Assembly: GCA_024635995.1 (NCBI GenBank)
Contig: JAGXHW010000020.1
Span: 4,136 to 68,135 of the forward strand
DNA: 64,000 nucleotides
Source: Clostridiaceae bacterium
Lineage (GTDB): Bacteria > Bacillota > Clostridia > Peptostreptococcales > Tindalliaceae
Direction of reading: 5' to 3'
This document shows positions 60,606-64,000 of this stretch, piece after piece. Under the pieces are notes generated by a model, which was not told the DNA's origin, ran no database searches, and saw nothing but the letters and a program-made list of their open reading frames with translations. The position numbers and the translations under genes are program-made. Position 1 is the stretch's first letter; the number at the start of each line of letters is the position of its first letter.

Positions 60606-62789
60606 TCATACAACTTCACTTTTTTCCATGAAGGTGTTAAATAACTCCACCAAGTCAGGGTCAAACTGTTTTCCTGCACAGCGTACCAGTTCGTTGATCG
60701 CCTCTTCATGGGTTTTTGCACGCTTGTACCCTTTTGGGTGTGTCATTACGTCATAGGCATCCAAAATGGCCAGTAATCTGGAAATTTTGGGTGTTTCCTC
60801 ACCCTTTAATCCCCGTGGATAACCTGTACCATCCCAGTGCTCATGGTGGGTCAATATGTAGTCTGCAATATGAGAAATTTCATGTATGGATTCTGCAATC
60901 CGATAGCCTATGTCCGGGTGTTTTTTAATAATTTCCCACTCTTCTTCTGAAAGTGCGTCCTTTTTCATGAGCACATCATTTTCCAATGCAATGGTCCCTA
61001 CGTCATGGAAGGTGCCCAATAATCTAATTTCGTTAAAGCTGAGATGATCATCCATAAATTCAGCCAACTTCATGCCCATGTTTCGGATCCGTTCACCATG
61101 TTCCCTGGTTTCCTCCGTTTTTTTGTAGAGAATTTCTTCCAGGTAAGAAAGCATGTAGCCTTTGTTGTTTTTATTTTTTTCAAGTTTGTTGCGGTACATC
61201 TGATTTTCAGCTTCTTTGATAATTTCATGAATATTGACCTGTTTCTGGTATTTTGTTGCAGTCCCCAAAGAAATACTCATTTGTATAAAGTCAACCTTCA
61301 CCCGCTGGCATCCATCCTGAATGCGTTCACATATTTCTTCCGCTTTGTCTTCCGTGGTTCTGGGAAGGATAATGGCAAATTCATCTCCACCCCATCTGGC
61401 TACGATGTCCTCCTTACGACATGATTCCATCAAAATACAGCTGATCTCAATGAGCAGTTTATCACCTTCCAAATGCCCAAATATATCATTTGTCAGCTTC
61501 AAACCGTTGACATCCCCTATGATAATTGACAGTGGCAATTGTCTTTGCGTGTCCATCCGGCTAATTTCTTCTTCAAAAAAAGCTCTGTTGTATAGCCCGG
61601 TTAATTTATCATGGAAACTGAGGTACTTGATTTCTTCTTCTGCCTGTTTGCGCATTGTGATATCCGACAGAGTACCCACCATGCGGGAGGACTGATCTTC
61701 GTCACGGTAACCGATGCGTTTCCCTCTTGCCTGAAACCATTTAACGGTTCTATCAGGGAACACCACCCTGTATTCCAAATCGATGACATCCAGTTTATCT
61801 TCCCGTACATCCTTTATGTCGTCAAATACCTTTTGAAAATCACGAGGATCCACCTGACCAAGCAATTCCTCAGGTTCAATGGTTTCAGATTCTGGCTTCA
61901 ATGACAACTGCATCATTTCACGAACGCGTTTTGATAAAAACATTTTGTTCTGATGGATATTCCAGTCCCAGACACCATCACCGTTACCTTCCAATGCATA
62001 CTGCCAGCGTCGTTCGTTTTCCAGCAGGGTCTGTTCTGTGTTTTTTCTTTCCGTGATTTCCCGGATACTGGAAACAACACTGGATGCATTAACCGGTGTG
62101 GTATTTGTTTCAAACCATTTTACAGAACCATCCTTTACAAGGCATATTTCATCTCGCTGTACCTGCTTTGTTTCAAGGGCTTTACTGACACTAAGCATCA
62201 GTTTGACAGCATTTTCCCGGTCAAAAACATCATGCACTCTTTTTCCGATTGCCTGCCCTGGTTCCCTGATCAGGAGCCTTTTACTAAGGCCTCTTATATC
62301 CGTGATGGTTCCATCCTGGTTAACCATCATCAAGGCTTCAGGCACCGCTTCCAAAATACTGTCTGTTTCCTTCTGGTTATTGGTTTTGCTGTTTTCCCAT
62401 TGTTTTCTAAATTTTTCATCATAAAACAGCATGGACAGATAGCCCGGTTCTTCACAAAATGCCCCAATTGCAAGCTCTTTCTTTAGCTTATTACAGTATT
62501 CAGTATACTGGCAAGACTCACCCGTAACTGCAGTTTGTCCCAAAAAGTAGATCCAGTCGAAATCATCTTGCTCTGACTTTCCAAAAACTTCTGTCCAACG
62601 TTTTCCAATAAGATCCTTATGGCTGCTTTCCAACATATGGTCTAATGAATCATTGGTTTCCAAAAACAAAAGATCGGTTGGTTTTCCGAAAGAATCTGTG
62701 AGCACACGAAAATAGGCATACCCTTCTATCATTGTAGAAAGAATGACATGCCTTGGAATATTACCCTTTTGACCAAATTGATGATTCAT
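60606..62789 (-). CDS. PAS-GGDEF-HD-GYP c-di-GMP signalling protein
   Basis: PAS/PAC segments, HDKLTGLYNR, RWGGDEF, FHDVG, HHEHWDGTGYP. Confidence 0.92.
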   Translation of the reverse strand: MNHQFGQKGNIPRHVILSTMIEGYAYFRVLTDSFGKPTDLLFLETNDSLDHMLESSHKDLIGKRWTEVFGKSEQDDFDWIYFLGQTAVTGESCQYTEYCNKLKKELAIGAFCEEPGYLSMLFYDEKFRKQWENSKTNNQKETDSILEAVPEALMMVNQDGTITDIRGLSKRLLIREPGQAIGKRVHDVFDRENAVKLMLSVSKALETKQVQRDEICLVKDGSVKWFETNTTPVNASSVVSSIREITERKNTEQTLLENERRWQYALEGNGDGVWDWNIHQNKMFLSKRVREMMQLSLKPESETIEPEELLGQVDPRDFQKVFDDIKDVREDKLDVIDLEYRVVFPDRTVKWFQARGKRIGYRDEDQSSRMVGTLSDITMRKQAEEEIKYLSFHDKLTGLYNRAFFEEEISRMDTQRQLPLSIIIGDVNGLKLTNDIFGHLEGDKLLIEISCILMESCRKEDIVARWGGDEFAIILPRTTEDKAEEICERIQDGCQRVKVDFIQMSISLGTATKYQKQVNIHEIIKEAENQMYRNKLEKNKNNKGYMLSYLEEILYKKTEETREHGERIRNMGMKLAEFMDDHLSFNEIRLLGTFHDVGTIALENDVLMKKDALSEEEWEIIKKHPDIGYRIAESIHEISHIADYILTHHEHWDGTGYPRGLKGEETPKISRLLAILDAYDVMTHPKGYKRAKTHEEAINELVRCAGKQFDPDLVELFNTFMEKSEVV

Positions 62790-62794
62790 GCAAA

Positions 62795-63583
62795 TCATCC
62801 TTCACTGTTGGAGATTCTGTCATGCTGAACAATTGAAGCACAGTTGTTTAATGGTTCCGGGCATTTATATGCCTTTTTTTCTCTCACCACAATCCCTTCC
62901 TGCGGCGATTCATACAATACTTGGTAACGACTGCCTTCAGGTAAGAACATCAATGGTTCCTCGTGGTACCTCCCAATGGGGAGTACCTGTTCACCCGAAT
63001 AAGATACCATCATTTTAATGTCTTTCTTTGCCTTTTTTCGGTAATAATCTGCATAGGTTTGCAGTGAGTCCGCCTGATAAATCATGGTGGAACTATGTTC
63101 CATGGATTTGCTGGCATACAGATAATTTAACAAATCAATAAAGTAATACTTGTCCCGGTGCTTGATATAATTAAATACGTGTCCCCCTACCTGATCTGTA
63201 AAGGCAATGAACCCCACCTCTTCATAATTGTCTTTTAATACATAGGCTAACATGCTTGATATGCCACCACAGTTTCCTTTGTTGGCACATATCGTTTCAG
63301 GCCCCGTTCGGTTAAAGTGCCAGATCATTTCTCCTTCACGTACCCGCAAGTCACCCATTCGCGGCCGAAAAAACGACGATCTGACATAAAGAATTAAGTC
63401 TGTCACCGTGTTTATGTTTTCGTTCAAATAGTTTGGTTCCCGTGGAAACTGGTACATCTCACGTTTATAATATTGCTGTTCACCAAGTTCCTCCGGCGAG
63501 ACAAAATAAACTCCTTCTGAAAGATACGAAAGTTTTCGGATAATTTGGCTCTTAGCCTCCCGAAGCATTTCCATCATAGCCAT
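62795..63583 (-). CDS. Hypothetical protein with a transglutaminase-like Cys-His-Asp pattern
   Basis: KGNCGG...GHVFNY...YYFIDL; ATG at 63583 after GAGGTG. Confidence 0.55.
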   Translation of the reverse strand: MAMMEMLREAKSQIIRKLSYLSEGVYFVSPEELGEQQYYKREMYQFPREPNYLNENINTVTDLILYVRSSFFRPRMGDLRVREGEMIWHFNRTGPETICANKGNCGGISSMLAYVLKDNYEEVGFIAFTDQVGGHVFNYIKHRDKYYFIDLLNYLYASKSMEHSSTMIYQADSLQTYADYYRKKAKKDIKMMVSYSGEQVLPIGRYHEEPLMFLPEGSRYQVLYESPQEGIVVREKKAYKCPEPLNNCASIVQHDRISNSEG

Positions 63584-63789
63584 GGAAATCACCTCTTCTC
63601 GCATCTGTATATTAATAAACACCCATTTTTCTGATAACTATCGTTAATAGTTTCATTCTATCAAAATTAATGTTGTTTGAAAAGATCAATTATTCACATT
63701 TTCGTCTATATCTTCAAAAGTTGATGCGCAATTTACAGTATTTATAAAAAATCCGGCAGTCCTATGACTCCCGGATTAACAGGTTCACT

Positions 63790-63999
63790 TTAATGTAGCG
63801 TTCTCTCTCCGTCTTCTTCATCGTATTCGTCTTCAAGCCAACCTTCCAGTAATTCTTTTATTTCCAATGTGATCATCATCTTTTTCTCTACTTTGGAAAC
63901 CTCTTTGTCCAACAATTCCAGAATTTTCTGGGCATCACTATCTGACAAAGTGCTGTTAATCTGCTGTATTTGTTCCTTCAGTTTGTTGCGCTCTTTTTG
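63790..63999 (-). CDS. 3' end of a hypothetical coiled-coil protein (starts outside the window)
   Basis: Open frame QKERNKLKEQIQQ...EGWLEDEYDEEDGERTLH*, followed by a hairpin at ~63750-63777. Confidence 0.65.
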   Translation of the reverse strand, partial: QKERNKLKEQIQQINSTLSDSDAQKILELLDKEVSKVEKKMMITLEIKELLEGWLEDEYDEEDGERTLH

Positions 64000-64000
64000 C

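Overview
A 64-kb chromosomal window from a low-GC anaerobic Firmicute (Clostridia-like gene content). Left to right: an inositol-type sugar ABC operon (iolG) with a divergent LacI regulator; a frameshifted cinA; and a ~15-kb sigma54-controlled polyamine catabolic cluster (patA, gabT, enhancer-binding activator, saccharopine-dehydrogenase-family enzyme, 4Fe-4S protein, aldehyde:ferredoxin oxidoreductase, MoaD/ThiS, two paralogous Na+:solute symporters, agmatinase). An intact IS110 element sits in the agmatinase ribosome-binding site. Next come degV, DUF881, trpS, an unannotated selenocysteine (UPHC) glutaredoxin, ArsR, and a split Pho/Pst locus with two pstB genes, Pho boxes and an unannotated rubredoxin. 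The right part holds engB-lon and tig-clpP-clpX separated by ~10 kb of accessory genes (CHR pair, nucleoside ABC, deoC/deoR, decayed AOR), then a CcpA-like regulator, T-box-regulated ileS (type 2, GIHH motif), deoD, and a PAS-GGDEF-HD-GYP gene. The strongest signal is the IS110. Its CT core, its circle-junction promoter (TTGACT-17-TATAAT) and a bridge-RNA-like structure with guides matching the insertion site can all be read from the sequence, and the left target guide resembles the 16S anti-Shine-Dalgarno. All family assignments come from motif recognition; no database search or folding program was run.
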